This document shows, one piece after another, positions 18,485 through 28,703 of a stretch of 64,000 nucleotides of DNA. The notes under the pieces were generated by a model that had not been told where the DNA came from, searched no databases, and saw only the letters and a list, made by a program, of their open reading frames with translations. How positions within the stretch are numbered: the stretch's first letter is position 1; every line of letters begins with the position of its first letter. Position numbers and translations under genes: made by a program. The stretch comes from Prevotella sp. (GTDB lineage Bacteria; Bacteroidota; Bacteroidia; Bacteroidales; Bacteroidaceae), in contig JALFIM010000071.1 in assembly GCA_022775985.1 (NCBI GenBank), forward strand, positions 45,006-109,005. Direction: 5' to 3'.

Positions 18485-18562
18485 ATGTTATTAGAAAACA
18501 AGACAAGGCCTCTTAGAGATGAACAATGAATATTGCAGCGCCAAGTGGCTGCATACTTAGGA
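18485..18562 (+). pseudogene. Truncated XRE-family HTH gene remnant
   Basis: Reads MLLENKTRPLRDEQ*ILQRQVAAYLG; premature TGA at 18527, and similarity to the recalled Bacteroidales XRE pattern (MLLGNKI..LRDEQG.LQRQ.AAYLEID) stops after YL. Confidence 0.6.
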
Positions 18563-18578
18563 TACTGTGACTTTGAAC

Positions 18579-18740
18579 TTACTGTAACGTTACCACTTTA
18601 TACTCATGCCCTGTGGCTGGTACAAACTTTTCCAAGAGGTCTCGGATGCTAAGTTTCAGCGTGGAGGTGTTGATGCAAGGGTGGCAACCGAAATATTCTG
18701 TATTCAGCAGGTATTCATTCCTTTCCGTTAAAATATAATG
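18579..18740 (-). pseudogene. 3' remnant of prolyl-tRNA editing (YbaK/PrdX-like) gene
   Basis: Reads LTERNEYLLNTEYFGCHPCINTSTLKLSIRDLLEKFVPATGHEYKVVTLQ*; HPxxNTxT motif; no start codon (in-frame TGA just upstream). Confidence 0.65.
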
Positions 18741-18782
18741 TCATGGCGCGTCACTCTGCAGAGCGTGATGATGGTGCTGAGG

Positions 18783-19688
18783 TTATTCGGCAGCGTCTGT
18801 CGGGTGGGGCAGTGCGCCTGTATTTTTGAGTATGAGGCAAGCCCAGTCGTTAGATGACTTGCTGGCGGTAGCGGTCAGTCCGCACTTTGCCGCTTCCTGC
18901 TTGAGAACGGGTATATCGGAAGTGTAGAAACCGCTTAGTATGAGTGTGGCATCGACTTTCATCTTCTTGCAGAAGTTGTGCATGTCTGCGATGAGTATAT
19001 TGCGGTTGATGTTGGCGAGCACTATGTCGAATTCGCGGTTTACATCGTCCAGCACGTCTGATGTTCCGTGCAGTACGGTCAGGTTGCCGATGCCGTTGAT
19101 TTCAGCGTTGTGCATGGCGTTGCTTACGCTCCAGTCGTCTATGTCGTATGCTGTCACGTCACGTGCTCCGAATAAAGATGCGGCAATACAGAGAATGCCA
19201 GTGCCGCATCCGCAGTCAAGCACCGATTTGCCGTTGAGTGGCATGCTGCGGAGGGTAGACAGTATCATCTGCGTGGTGTCGTGTGTGCCCGTTCCAAAAG
19301 CCTGTCGGGCATCTATCAGAATGGGGTACTTGCAGTTTTTGTGCGCGTCAATAGCCTGTGGGTCTTTTGCATCGTAGACGATGCATTCGCCGTCTATTGC
19401 TATGGGCTGGAAACCCTGCTTCTCCCATTCGTGGTTCCAGTCCTCATCGGGGGCTTCCTCGGCTTTGTAGCGTATGCTGACATTCTCTATAGGGAAGAGG
19501 CGTATGGCCTCGGCGAGCGCGGCCTCGTCGTATGCGTCTGACTGTATGTAACCCTTCAGTCCGCCATCGGTGTCGATGAATGCCTCGAAACCGCATTCTC
19601 CAGCCATGTCTGCCAGCAGTTCTGATGATATGTCAAATATGTCTTTTTGACAGTCTATGGTAAATGATACTTCTAAGTATTTCATCAC
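18783..19688 (-). CDS. prmA: Ribosomal protein L11 methyltransferase
   Basis: EDWNHEWEK, AFGTGTHDTT, LDCGCGTGIL, LANINRNIL. Confidence 0.95.
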   Translation of the reverse strand: MMKYLEVSFTIDCQKDIFDISSELLADMAGECGFEAFIDTDGGLKGYIQSDAYDEAALAEAIRLFPIENVSIRYKAEEAPDEDWNHEWEKQGFQPIAIDGECIVYDAKDPQAIDAHKNCKYPILIDARQAFGTGTHDTTQMILSTLRSMPLNGKSVLDCGCGTGILCIAASLFGARDVTAYDIDDWSVSNAMHNAEINGIGNLTVLHGTSDVLDDVNREFDIVLANINRNILIADMHNFCKKMKVDATLILSGFYTSDIPVLKQEAAKCGLTATASKSSNDWACLILKNTGALPHPTDAAE

Positions 19689-19838
19689 TTTTATTGCTTA
19701 AAGTCTGTTTTCAAGCACAAAAATATAAAAAAATAGGGGAAAACCTACCGCTGTTTAGGGTTTTTCCTTAAATTTGCATGACAAAAAAGTGGTTATTTTG
19801 CAAAAGGAAAAGAAACAAGATAAAAGGAGACATTTATT

Positions 19839-20765
19839 ATGAAAAGGATAGGTTTTGTTTTGATGCTCCTCACGCTGACAACTCTTGCCAGCAGGGCTCA
19901 GAATGACGACATGTATTTTGTTCCTAAGAAGTCAAAGGACATGCCTGCCATGAAGAGGCATCCGGCCTATGACAGGCCAGTGTATTATGCGGGCAGCGAC
20001 AGGGACGTGGACGAGTACAACCGCCATGGCCGCTTCCGCAGCTCGTACCAACGTCTCGGCAATGACTCTATCGCAAATGACGTAATAGACTTCAGTGGAG
20101 GTAATGGCATTTATCCAGACAGTACTTATCTGGACAGCACTACTGTGTACTACTCCAAGGACGGTTATGACGGCGGCAGCTACTACGATGACGATGACTA
20201 CCGCTATTGCCGCCGCATGCACAGGTTTGACGGATGGTATGACCCGTTCTATGCCAGCAGCTATTACCTGTATGGCCCCGCCTACTGGCGTTCGGCCTGG
20301 TATGGCGGATGGTATGACCCATGGTATTATGACCCATGGATGTATTCCTATTATGGATGGGGCTATCCGTACTACTCATCATATTATTGGGGCGGCTGGG
20401 GCTATCCGCATTACTGGGGTGGCCCGGTTGTGGCATACCGCCGTGGGCATACGGGTACGCTCGGCTATTATGACAGGTCGCATTATGCAGGAGGCGTGAG
20501 ACGTGATAACAGTGGCTCACGGAGAGATTATGCCAGCGGCTACGCCCGTGGCAATTCCAACACCTCTTTCGGTACACGGCGCAGCACGACCTCCGCATAC
20601 GGCAACCAAAACTCTTTCGGCAATGTGAGATACTCTCAGCCATCGTCTCCGTCGTTCAGCCGTGGCTCTGCATCTGGAGGCTTCAGCGGCGGTGGCTCAT
20701 TCGGTGGAAGCCGTGGCGTTGGAGTAGGCACAGGTGGCGGTGGCGTGCGTATGGGCCGCAGATGA
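19839..20765 (+). CDS. Secreted low-complexity protein (Y/W/G-rich core, S/G/R-rich tail)
   Basis: Signal peptide, QNDDMYFVP, YYDPWMYSYYGWGYPYY..., GGFSGGGSFGG tail. Confidence 0.8.
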   Translation: MKRIGFVLMLLTLTTLASRAQNDDMYFVPKKSKDMPAMKRHPAYDRPVYYAGSDRDVDEYNRHGRFRSSYQRLGNDSIANDVIDFSGGNGIYPDSTYLDSTTVYYSKDGYDGGSYYDDDDYRYCRRMHRFDGWYDPFYASSYYLYGPAYWRSAWYGGWYDPWYYDPWMYSYYGWGYPYYSSYYWGGWGYPHYWGGPVVAYRRGHTGTLGYYDRSHYAGGVRRDNSGSRRDYASGYARGNSNTSFGTRRSTTSAYGNQNSFGNVRYSQPSSPSFSRGSASGGFSGGGSFGGSRGVGVGTGGGGVRMGRR

Positions 20766-20818
20766 TGGTGTGCTGCTTGTGCTTGATTGGTTAAACGACA
20801 ATTTATGAGAAAACAATT

Positions 20819-22435
20819 ATGAGAAAAAGATTTATATTTGCTTGTGTCGTCTCTATGTTTATGGTGCATGCCAATGCTCAGGAAACGTATGAGAACACGA
20901 AAATGGTGGATAATGACTTGAATGGAACGGCTCGGTATGTGGGCATGGGCGGTGCCATGGAGGCACTTGGTGCTGACATCTCCACGATAGCGTCAAACCC
21001 TGCTGGAATAGGACTGTTTCGCAGTTCGTCGGCAAGCCTCTCGTTTGGGCTCGTATCACAGGATGCCGCGCCCGACTTCAAGTACGGCAACAAGACAAAC
21101 ATGAGTTTTGACCAGGGTGGCTTCGTGTACTCTATGCGCAGCGGCAACAGGTCGTTCATGAATCTTGCGTTCAATTACAAGAAGAGCAAGAACTTTGATT
21201 ATATCCTGTCGGCGGCTGACGCTCTTAACGGGTCATCGCAGAACCGCCTGTCTTTCATAAAGGCCCTCGGCAACACTGATGGCAATGGCGTTACTCCTGT
21301 AAACATAGAAAAGGCTTCATGGGGGTATCGTGGAACCAACTATTATACATCTCAGCTTGACAACTTGTACTACAACTCGTTGATGATGAGTGGTGGAGGC
21401 TTCTATTACAGCAATGCCAGTGGCTATGTGTTCGGCCGCAGCGATACAGGCTATATCGGTGAGTACGACTTCAATATAAGTGGCAATATCAACGACCGCG
21501 TGTATCTTGGCATGACGGTGGGCATACATGACGTGCATTATCGCGGTCAGAGTCTCTATACTGAGCAGATACTCGACGGCAATGACAAGGCTAACGGTGA
21601 CCTCACGGTGTCTGACGAGCGCAGGATAACAGGTACGGGGTACAGTATATCGGCAGGAGCTATATTACGTCCCGTGGAGGCATCGCCGTTCCGTATAGGT
21701 GTGTATGTGTCGTCGCCTACATGGTATGACCTCACTACCACCAATTACACGATTATTGCCAACAACACTCCAAACAAGGGTGACTACCCGGGTTCGGCTG
21801 GTGCTACGTACGACTTCAAGGTGTACACTCCTTGGAAGTTTGGCTTGAGTCTTGGGCATACTATCGGCAATAATGTAGCTTTGGGTGCTACTTATGAGTA
21901 TGCCGACTATAGCTCGCTGGACTCACGTGTCAATGACGGCACCTATGAGGATGGTTGGGGTGATACGTACACCGACAGCCATAGTGATGATGCTATGAAC
22001 AGGCACACAAGGGAGACGTTGAAAGGCGTGTCTACATTGAAACTGGGTGCAGAGTATAAGCCGTATAAGGCATTTGCTATACGTCTGGGCTATAACTATG
22101 TGTCTCCGATGTTCAAGTCTAATGGATTCAAGGACGGTAGTGTTGACTCGTATGGATCAAACTACAGTTCGGCTACAGACTACACGAACTGGAAGGCCAC
22201 TAATCGTTTCACATTGGGATTCGGATATACGCTTGATAAGTTCTCGGTGGATTTCGCCTACCAATACTCTGTCACGGACGGAGATTTCCATCCTTTTATG
22301 GATGCCTATACTGATTACTATGTTAGGGATGATAACCAGAACTTGCAGAAGGTATCGCTTGACAACTATGCCGGGGCGGTAAAGGTCAGCAACAAGCGCA
22401 ACCAGTTGTTGCTTACTCTGGCTTACAAATTCTAA
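20819..22435 (+). CDS. Outer membrane beta-barrel, FadL/OmpP1-like
   Basis: Signal peptide, GTARYVGMGGAMEALGADISTIASNPAGIG, C-terminal aromatic LTLAYKF. Confidence 0.85.
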   Translation: MRKRFIFACVVSMFMVHANAQETYENTKMVDNDLNGTARYVGMGGAMEALGADISTIASNPAGIGLFRSSSASLSFGLVSQDAAPDFKYGNKTNMSFDQGGFVYSMRSGNRSFMNLAFNYKKSKNFDYILSAADALNGSSQNRLSFIKALGNTDGNGVTPVNIEKASWGYRGTNYYTSQLDNLYYNSLMMSGGGFYYSNASGYVFGRSDTGYIGEYDFNISGNINDRVYLGMTVGIHDVHYRGQSLYTEQILDGNDKANGDLTVSDERRITGTGYSISAGAILRPVEASPFRIGVYVSSPTWYDLTTTNYTIIANNTPNKGDYPGSAGATYDFKVYTPWKFGLSLGHTIGNNVALGATYEYADYSSLDSRVNDGTYEDGWGDTYTDSHSDDAMNRHTRETLKGVSTLKLGAEYKPYKAFAIRLGYNYVSPMFKSNGFKDGSVDSYGSNYSSATDYTNWKATNRFTLGFGYTLDKFSVDFAYQYSVTDGDFHPFMDAYTDYYVRDDNQNLQKVSLDNYAGAVKVSNKRNQLLLTLAYKF

Positions 22436-22487
22436 TGCGCAGTATATACATTATATAATATAGCGATGTGAACCGCTAAGTCTGATG

Positions 22488-22527
22488 GCGGCAGGATGTG
22501 GGGCTTGTGCCCATATCCTGCCGCTTT
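22488..22527 (+). terminator. Hairpin terminator after FadL-like gene
   Basis: GCGGCAGGATGTGGG / CCCATATCCTGCCGC followed by TTT. Confidence 0.65.
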
Positions 22528-22645
22528 GCTGCTTGTCTGGCGGTCATGTCGCATGGAAAAGTAGGCTTTGGAAACGCAAGGAGTAGGCGAGAATGACATA
22601 AAAGTGCTGTTGACAGGCAATTAATTCAAAAAACACTTGAAATAT

Positions 22646-22677
22646 TTTGATGGTTCGGCCGTTTTTTAGTAACTTTG
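22646..22677 (+). promoter_or_regulatory. Bacteroidetes sigma-A promoter for infC operon
   Basis: TTTG (22646-49), 20-nt spacer, TAACTTTG (22670-77). Confidence 0.75.
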
Positions 22678-22701
22678 CAGCCGCTTATATAAAGTGAATT
22701 G

Positions 22702-23391
22702 ATGAAAAATGACAAAATGAAGTATCAGTACCGCGTGAATGAGCAGATTCGCGTTAGGGAAGTAAGAATCGCGGGTGAGGACGGGTCTATGGTATTGCCA
22801 ACTCGCCAAGCATTGGAAATGGCTCGGGAGCAGGGCGTTGATCTTGTTGAGATATCACCGAATGCGCAACCTCCAGTTTGTCGTATCATTGACTATAGCA
22901 AATTCTTGTATCAACAGAAAAAGCGTGCTAAGGAAATGAAACAGAAGCAGGTAAAGGTTGATATCAAGGAGATAAGGTTTGGGCCGCAGACCGATGAGCA
23001 TGACTACCAGTTCAAACTCAAACATGCACAGGAATTCCTTACCGAAGGCAACAAGGTGCGTGCCTATGTGTTCTTCCGTGGCCGCTCTATCCTGTTCAAG
23101 GAGCAAGGTGAGGTGTTGCTGCTTCGCTTCGCTAATGATTTGGAGGAGTATGCTAAAGTAGAGCAGTTGCCGAAACTTGATGGAAAGAAGATGTTTCTTT
23201 ATCTCGCTCCCAAGAAAGCTGGCGTAGCCAAGAAGAGCCAGCAGAAGATGGATCGCGAGAAGAGAGAGGCAGAGGCAAAGGATGCTGTTGCCACAGACAA
23301 GCCAGTAGACGAGAATTCGGGACTCCTCGCCAATGCCAAAATCAGCGATGAGGCTATGCGAAAGCTCAAATCAGCTGCAGATAACGAGTAA
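22702..23391 (+). CDS. infC: Translation initiation factor IF-3
   Basis: [44 protein letters not shown]. Confidence 0.97.
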   Translation: MKNDKMKYQYRVNEQIRVREVRIAGEDGSMVLPTRQALEMAREQGVDLVEISPNAQPPVCRIIDYSKFLYQQKKRAKEMKQKQVKVDIKEIRFGPQTDEHDYQFKLKHAQEFLTEGNKVRAYVFFRGRSILFKEQGEVLLLRFANDLEEYAKVEQLPKLDGKKMFLYLAPKKAGVAKKSQQKMDREKREAEAKDAVATDKPVDENSGLLANAKISDEAMRKLKSAADNE

Positions 23392-23460
23392 TACGAGAAT
23401 TGTGCGTAACGCCGGGTATATGCGTTGCCACAAATATAACAATAATTAAAATTTAAAAAA

Positions 23461-23658
23461 ATGCCAAAAGTTAAGACAAACTCCGGTGCTAAAAAGAGAT
23501 TTAGATTCACTGGTACAGGTAAGATCAAAAGACATCATGCTTACCACAGTCACATTCTGACTAAGAAGACAAAGAAGCAGAAGAGAAATCTGGTTCATCA
23601 GGCAATCGTAGACAACAGCAACCTCAAGCAGGTTCGTGATTTGCTCTGCCTCCGTTAA
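23461..23658 (+). CDS. rpmI: 50S ribosomal protein L35
   Basis: [24 protein letters not shown]. Confidence 0.97.
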   Translation: MPKVKTNSGAKKRFRFTGTGKIKRHHAYHSHILTKKTKKQKRNLVHQAIVDNSNLKQVRDLLCLR

Positions 23659-23695
23659 TCCATTAGTCAAAAAACTTTAAAGGAAAAGAAAAACT

Positions 23696-24040
23696 ATGCC
23701 AAGATCAGTAAATCACGTTGCTTCGAAAGCAAAGAGAACTCGTATTCTTAAGCTTACCAAAGGTTATTTTGGTGCAAGAAAGAATGTATGGACGGTAGCA
23801 AAGAACACATGGGAGAAGGGTTTGACCTATGCCTATCGTGACCGTCGTAACAAAAAGCGTAACTTCCGCTCACTGTGGATTCAGCGTATCAATGCCGCTG
23901 CCCGTCTCGAGAACATGAGCTATTCTACACTCATGGGCGCTCTCCACAAGGCAGGTATCGAGATTAACCGCAAGGTCCTCGCTGACCTCGCAGTAAACAA
24001 TCCCGAGGCATTCAAGGCAATCGTAGACAAGGTGAAGTAA
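23696..24040 (+). CDS. rplT: 50S ribosomal protein L20
   Basis: [10 protein letters not shown]...[22 protein letters not shown]. Confidence 0.97.
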   Translation: MPRSVNHVASKAKRTRILKLTKGYFGARKNVWTVAKNTWEKGLTYAYRDRRNKKRNFRSLWIQRINAAARLENMSYSTLMGALHKAGIEINRKVLADLAVNNPEAFKAIVDKVK

Positions 24041-24064
24041 ATCATTTGCTTCCGATGAAAGTAT

Positions 24065-24097
24065 AAGGCTGTGCTGTACAAAGGCACAGCCTTTTTT
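24065..24097 (+). terminator. Intrinsic terminator after rplT
   Basis: AAGGCTGTGC / GCACAGCCTT plus T run. Confidence 0.85.
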
Positions 24098-24452
24098 GCT
24101 TCTTTTGTATTTCGCTTTTTGTTTGGCGGTCATTTATGACTTGGTGAAAATCCATACTTTTAATGTTGACTTATTGTTGCTTGCTATGCCATGACGCACC
24201 TTAATGTTGGGCGCATTTCGTTTTTATAGGCAAAAAAGTGATATTTCGGAATTTTTGTCTAATTTTGCAGAATAGTATTTTACGGCATGTACGTATGCTG
24301 CTGTGGCAGCCTGTTGTGGAGCATGTATTCATGGGGCGATAGGTAAAACAGTGTATGGGCGTGTATGACTGCCTCTCACGTTGGCAATGGTGTCTCGTAA
24401 TACATGTAAGGCGGCATGCTGTGATGTTTTTATGTTATAATATTAAAAGGAA

Positions 24453-26765
24453 ATGCGTAAAGCTATAATTCACTTTTTGTGGGCTCTTATACTTATAGGA
24501 TTCTTGACCGTAGGTGTTGCGTTCACGGCAATATGGAATGGCTGGATAGGATATATGCCACCCATAGAGGATCTTCAGAATCCTATCAACCGTTTTGCGA
24601 CACAGGTGTACACTGAGGATGGTAAGGTGATAGGTACTTGGAACTTCAATCGCGAGAACCGCGTGTGTGTAGACTATGATGAGTTGTCGCCGTATCTCGT
24701 ACAGGCACTTGTGGCTACGGAGGACTATCGGTTCTATTCACATTCTGGTATAGACTTCATCGCGTTGTGCCGTGCCTTGATAAAACGTGGAATACTCGGT
24801 CAAGCCAGTGCTGGCGGTGGGTCTACTATAACACAGCAGTTGGCCAAACAACTCTATTCTGGTACAGCTTCAAGTACTCTTGACCGCCTTTTCCAGAAAC
24901 CGATAGAGTGGGTGATAGCTGTGAAGTTGGAGCGGTACTATACGAAAGAGGAAATTATAGCCCTGTACCTCAATTATTTTGACTTCCTGCATAACGCAGT
25001 GGGCATCAAGACCGCAGCGAATACGTATTTCAACAAGGAACCAAAGGATCTTAATGTCTGTGAGGCGGCCACACTTATCGGGCTCTGTAAGAATCCTTCG
25101 CTGTTCAATCCTGTCCGCTACCCAGACAGATGTACCGAGCGCCGCAATGTGGTGTTGGCACAGATGGTGAAGCAGGGCTATTTGTCGGATGAGGAGTTTG
25201 ATAAGTATAAGTCGGAATCTCTTGCGCTCAATTTCCATCGCATAGACCATAAGGATGGTACGGCGCCTTATTTCCGTGAATTCTTACGTATGTATATGTC
25301 GGCAACTAAGCCTGACAAATCTGACTATCCTGCTTGGAACAAATCGCAGTATGTGCTTGATTCCATCGCGTGGGTCAGCGACCCATTGTATGGATGGTGT
25401 AACAAAAATTTCAAGAAGGACGGCCGTCCATACAATTTGAATATGGACGGACTGAAGGTCTACACCTCGATAAACTCCCGTATGCAGAAATATGCCGAGG
25501 AGTCTGTCTACGGACATGTAGCCAAGGCCCTTCAGCCAGAGTTCTTCAGAGAAAACCGCACTAAGCCAAACGCGCCTTTCACGGAGCAGCTCACCACGAA
25601 ACAGGTGAACCAGATAATGGAGAAGGCTGTCGTCCAGAGTGAGCGTTACCGTGCATTGAAAGCGGCTGGCGCATCGAACGACGAGATACACAAGTCGTTC
25701 CATACCCCAACTATGATGTCGGTGTTTACTTATCATGGTGATATAGATACGCTGATGGCTCCCATTGACAGCATACGCTATGCCAAGTCGTTTCTTAGAA
25801 GCGGTTTCATGAGCATGGATCCAAAGACGGGACTTGTGAAGGCTTATGTGGGGGGATTGAACTATACGCACTTCATGTATGACATGGTGATGACTGGCCG
25901 TAGGCAAGTAGGCTCTACTATAAAGCCATTCCTCTATTCGCTGGCTATGGAGAGCGGATTCTCTCCTTGCGACAAGGCTCCAAACGTGCAGCAGACGTAC
26001 ATGGTGGCCGGCAGACCATGGACACCGCGTAATGCGAGTCGTAAGCGGTATGGGGAGATGGTCACGTTGAAGTGGGGGCTTGCACAGTCTAACAACTGGA
26101 TATCGGCTTATTTGATGAGCAAACTAAACCCGCAGCAGTTTGTCAACCTGTTGCATGCCTATGGTCTCAACAACCCGGACATACATCCGTCTATGGCTCT
26201 GTGTCTCGGCCCGTGCGATGCCTCGGTGGCCGAGATGGTGAGCGCGTACACCACTTTCGTCAATCACGGCATACGCACGGCTCCGCTTTTTGTGACGCGC
26301 ATAGAGGATAACGATGGCAATGTAATAGCGAAATTCCAGCCTCGTATGAATGAAGTTATAAGTTCTGAGAGTGCAAACAAGATGCTTGTACTTCTCAAGG
26401 GCGTTGTGGATGGTGGAACGGCTGGAAGGCTGCGCTTCAAGTATGGACTCACTGGTGAGATGGGCGGAAAGACAGGAACCACCAACCGCAACTCAGATGC
26501 TTGGTTTATGGGGGTAACGCCAGAACTTGTCAGCGGTTGTTGGGTTGGCGGTGAGGACCGTGACATACATTTCGACTCCATGCGTATGGGGCAAGGCGCG
26601 TCAATGGCTCTGCCTATATGGGCCTATTTCATGAAAAAGGTTTATGCTGACAAGTCGCTTGGGTATAGTCAAGCTACGACTTTCGGTATTCCTGCCGATT
26701 ATAATCCTTGCCTAAAGGAGGACAACTACGGAGGAGCAATGGATATAGACGAGGTGTATGAGTAA
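24453..26765 (+). CDS. Class A penicillin-binding protein (PBP1A-like)
   Basis: Transglycosylase EDYRFYSHSGID, GGSTITQQLAK; transpeptidase GSTIKP, SNN, KTGT. Confidence 0.93.
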   Translation: MRKAIIHFLWALILIGFLTVGVAFTAIWNGWIGYMPPIEDLQNPINRFATQVYTEDGKVIGTWNFNRENRVCVDYDELSPYLVQALVATEDYRFYSHSGIDFIALCRALIKRGILGQASAGGGSTITQQLAKQLYSGTASSTLDRLFQKPIEWVIAVKLERYYTKEEIIALYLNYFDFLHNAVGIKTAANTYFNKEPKDLNVCEAATLIGLCKNPSLFNPVRYPDRCTERRNVVLAQMVKQGYLSDEEFDKYKSESLALNFHRIDHKDGTAPYFREFLRMYMSATKPDKSDYPAWNKSQYVLDSIAWVSDPLYGWCNKNFKKDGRPYNLNMDGLKVYTSINSRMQKYAEESVYGHVAKALQPEFFRENRTKPNAPFTEQLTTKQVNQIMEKAVVQSERYRALKAAGASNDEIHKSFHTPTMMSVFTYHGDIDTLMAPIDSIRYAKSFLRSGFMSMDPKTGLVKAYVGGLNYTHFMYDMVMTGRRQVGSTIKPFLYSLAMESGFSPCDKAPNVQQTYMVAGRPWTPRNASRKRYGEMVTLKWGLAQSNNWISAYLMSKLNPQQFVNLLHAYGLNNPDIHPSMALCLGPCDASVAEMVSAYTTFVNHGIRTAPLFVTRIEDNDGNVIAKFQPRMNEVISSESANKMLVLLKGVVDGGTAGRLRFKYGLTGEMGGKTGTTNRNSDAWFMGVTPELVSGCWVGGEDRDIHFDSMRMGQGASMALPIWAYFMKKVYADKSLGYSQATTFGIPADYNPCLKEDNYGGAMDIDEVYE

Positions 26766-26944
26766 TGGGAAACAAATACTGTTGCACATAGACTGGCGTT
26801 GATAGATTGGCAGACACTGCACGTTGCTTAGTGGGGTGTCTGCCATATCTGTATATTGCTTCTAAATACAACTAATACCAAATAAATAAAATATGCTCAA
26901 ATGTGGTAAATCGTAAGGAATAGTGCTAAAAAAGTAATAATTTC

Positions 26945-26975
26945 TTTGTCTGTTGTAAAAATATTATTATCTTTG
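26945..26975 (+). promoter_or_regulatory. Promoter of leu operon
   Basis: TTTG (26945-48), 19-nt spacer, TATCTTTG (26968-75). Confidence 0.75.
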
Positions 26976-26998
26976 CAACTGTAAAAAGAGATAATAAA

Positions 26999-27094
26999 AT
27001 GTCAGAAACAATGATTAGCATGAATATCCTACTAAACGCACAGTTAAACATCCGCCTCCAAGTCGTGAGCGGACAAGTGAGTCGTGCAGTATGA
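26999..27094 (+). CDS. Putative leu operon leader peptide
   Basis: MSETMISMNILLNAQLNIRLQVVSGQVSRAV*, 11 of 31 residues I/L/V including ATC CTA CTA; alternative starts 27011 and 27020. Confidence 0.6.
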   Translation: MSETMISMNILLNAQLNIRLQVVSGQVSRAV

Positions 27095-27113
27095 TATACA
27101 TTAGTTATATGTT

Positions 27114-27156
27114 GAAGAGCCTTTCTCACTTGCAAGTGTGTGAAAGGCTCTTTCGT
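27114..27156 (+). terminator. Attenuator terminator upstream of leuA
   Basis: AAGAGCCTTTC / GAAAGGCTCTT stem with inner CACTTGCAAGTG palindrome, followed by TTT. Confidence 0.7.
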
Positions 27157-27179
27157 TGACATGAAAATTATATGAGAAG

Positions 27180-28682
27180 ATGAGTGACAGATTATTTATT
27201 TTTGACACGACATTGCGCGACGGTGAGCAAGTCCCGGGATGTCAGTTGAACACAGTAGAGAAAATCCAAGTGGCCAAACAACTGGAGCAATTGGGCGTGG
27301 ATGTCATAGAAGCGGGTTTCCCTATATCCAGTCCTGGCGACTTCAATTCTGTTATAGAGATAAGCAAGGCTGTGACATGGCCTACTATATGTGCTTTGAC
27401 ACGTGCCGTGGAGAAGGATATCGACGTGGCTGCGGAGTCACTCAGATACGCCAAGCACAAACGTATACATACAGGTATAGGCACAAGCGACAGCCATATC
27501 AAGTATAAGTTCAACTCAACGCGTGAGGAGATACTTGAGAGAGCTGTGGCTGCCGTAAAGTATGCAAAGAAGTATGTGGAGGACGTGGAATTCTATGCTG
27601 AGGATGCTGGGCGCACGGATAATGAATACTTGGCAAGTGTCGTGCAGGCTGTCATCGCAGCTGGTGCAACCGTTGTGAATATCCCTGATACGACAGGTTA
27701 CTGTCTGCCGACAGAGTACGGCGACAAGATAAAATATCTGATGGAGCATGTAGACAACATCGACAAAGCCATAATATCTACACATTGCCACAATGACCTC
27801 GGCATGGCCACAGCCAACACATTGAGTGGAGTGATGAATGGTGCCCGTCAGGTGGAGGTTACTATCAACGGAATAGGTGAGCGTGCCGGCAATACATCGC
27901 TTGAGGAGATAGCAATGATACTGAAGTGTCATAAGGGACTTGACATTGACACCAATATCAATACCACGAAGATTTATCCTACAAGCCGTATGGTGAGTTC
28001 GCTCATGAACATGCCCGTGCAGCCTAATAAGGCTATCGTCGGCCGTAATGCTTTCGCACACTCCAGCGGCATACATCAAGATGGTGTTCTTAAGAATGTG
28101 CAGACATACGAAATAATGAATCCGAAGGATGTGGGACTTGACGACAACATGATAGTCCTTACTGCCCGTTCGGGACGCGCGGCACTGAAATACCGTCTGC
28201 ATGTACTTGGTGTCAATGTGGAAAATGAGGATAAACTTGATAAATTGTATCAGAACTTCCTCAAACTTGCCGACCGGAAGAAAGAAGTCAACGACGACGA
28301 CATACTCATGCTCGCAGGAGCAGACACCGCAGAGGCACATGCTGTGAAACTCGACTTCCTGCAAGTCACGACAGGCATGGGCGTAAGGAGCGTGGCAAGT
28401 ATTGGCCTTGACATATCAGGTCAGAAGTTTGAGGAGGCATCGACCGGCAACGGTCCTGTTGACGCAGCCATCAGTGCGCTTAAGAAAATCATTCAGAAAC
28501 ACATGATTCTGAAGGAATTCACAATACAGGCTATATCCAAGGGCTCTGATGACATAGGTAAGGTACACATGCAGGTGGAGTACGACGGCAATGTCTATTA
28601 TGGATTCGGTGCTAATACGGATATAGTGACAGCCTCGGTAGAGGCATATATCGACTGTATAAACAAGTTCAAAGTAAAATAA
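27180..28682 (+). CDS. leuA: 2-isopropylmalate synthase
   Basis: [38 protein letters not shown]. Confidence 0.96.
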   Translation: MSDRLFIFDTTLRDGEQVPGCQLNTVEKIQVAKQLEQLGVDVIEAGFPISSPGDFNSVIEISKAVTWPTICALTRAVEKDIDVAAESLRYAKHKRIHTGIGTSDSHIKYKFNSTREEILERAVAAVKYAKKYVEDVEFYAEDAGRTDNEYLASVVQAVIAAGATVVNIPDTTGYCLPTEYGDKIKYLMEHVDNIDKAIISTHCHNDLGMATANTLSGVMNGARQVEVTINGIGERAGNTSLEEIAMILKCHKGLDIDTNINTTKIYPTSRMVSSLMNMPVQPNKAIVGRNAFAHSSGIHQDGVLKNVQTYEIMNPKDVGLDDNMIVLTARSGRAALKYRLHVLGVNVENEDKLDKLYQNFLKLADRKKEVNDDDILMLAGADTAEAHAVKLDFLQVTTGMGVRSVASIGLDISGQKFEEASTGNGPVDAAISALKKIIQKHMILKEFTIQAISKGSDDIGKVHMQVEYDGNVYYGFGANTDIVTASVEAYIDCINKFKVK

Positions 28683-28703
28683 ACGTAATTTTGCAGACTT
28701 ATT

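Larger units (their letters stand above)
11200..18562 (+). mobile_element. AT-rich accessory (defence-like) island, no integrase seen
   Basis: Sharp compositional drop (hand count: line 17221 = 16/60 G+C versus flank line 9481 = 39/60); co-directional accessory genes between kdsA and prmA; right end is a truncated gene. Boundaries approximate. Confidence 0.75.

Noticed and set aside
11100-18580. att sites or target-site duplication flanking the island
   Set aside because: No matching direct repeat found by eye at both ends, and no integrase or tRNA; only a local AAAGCACGAA duplication near 11105-11128.
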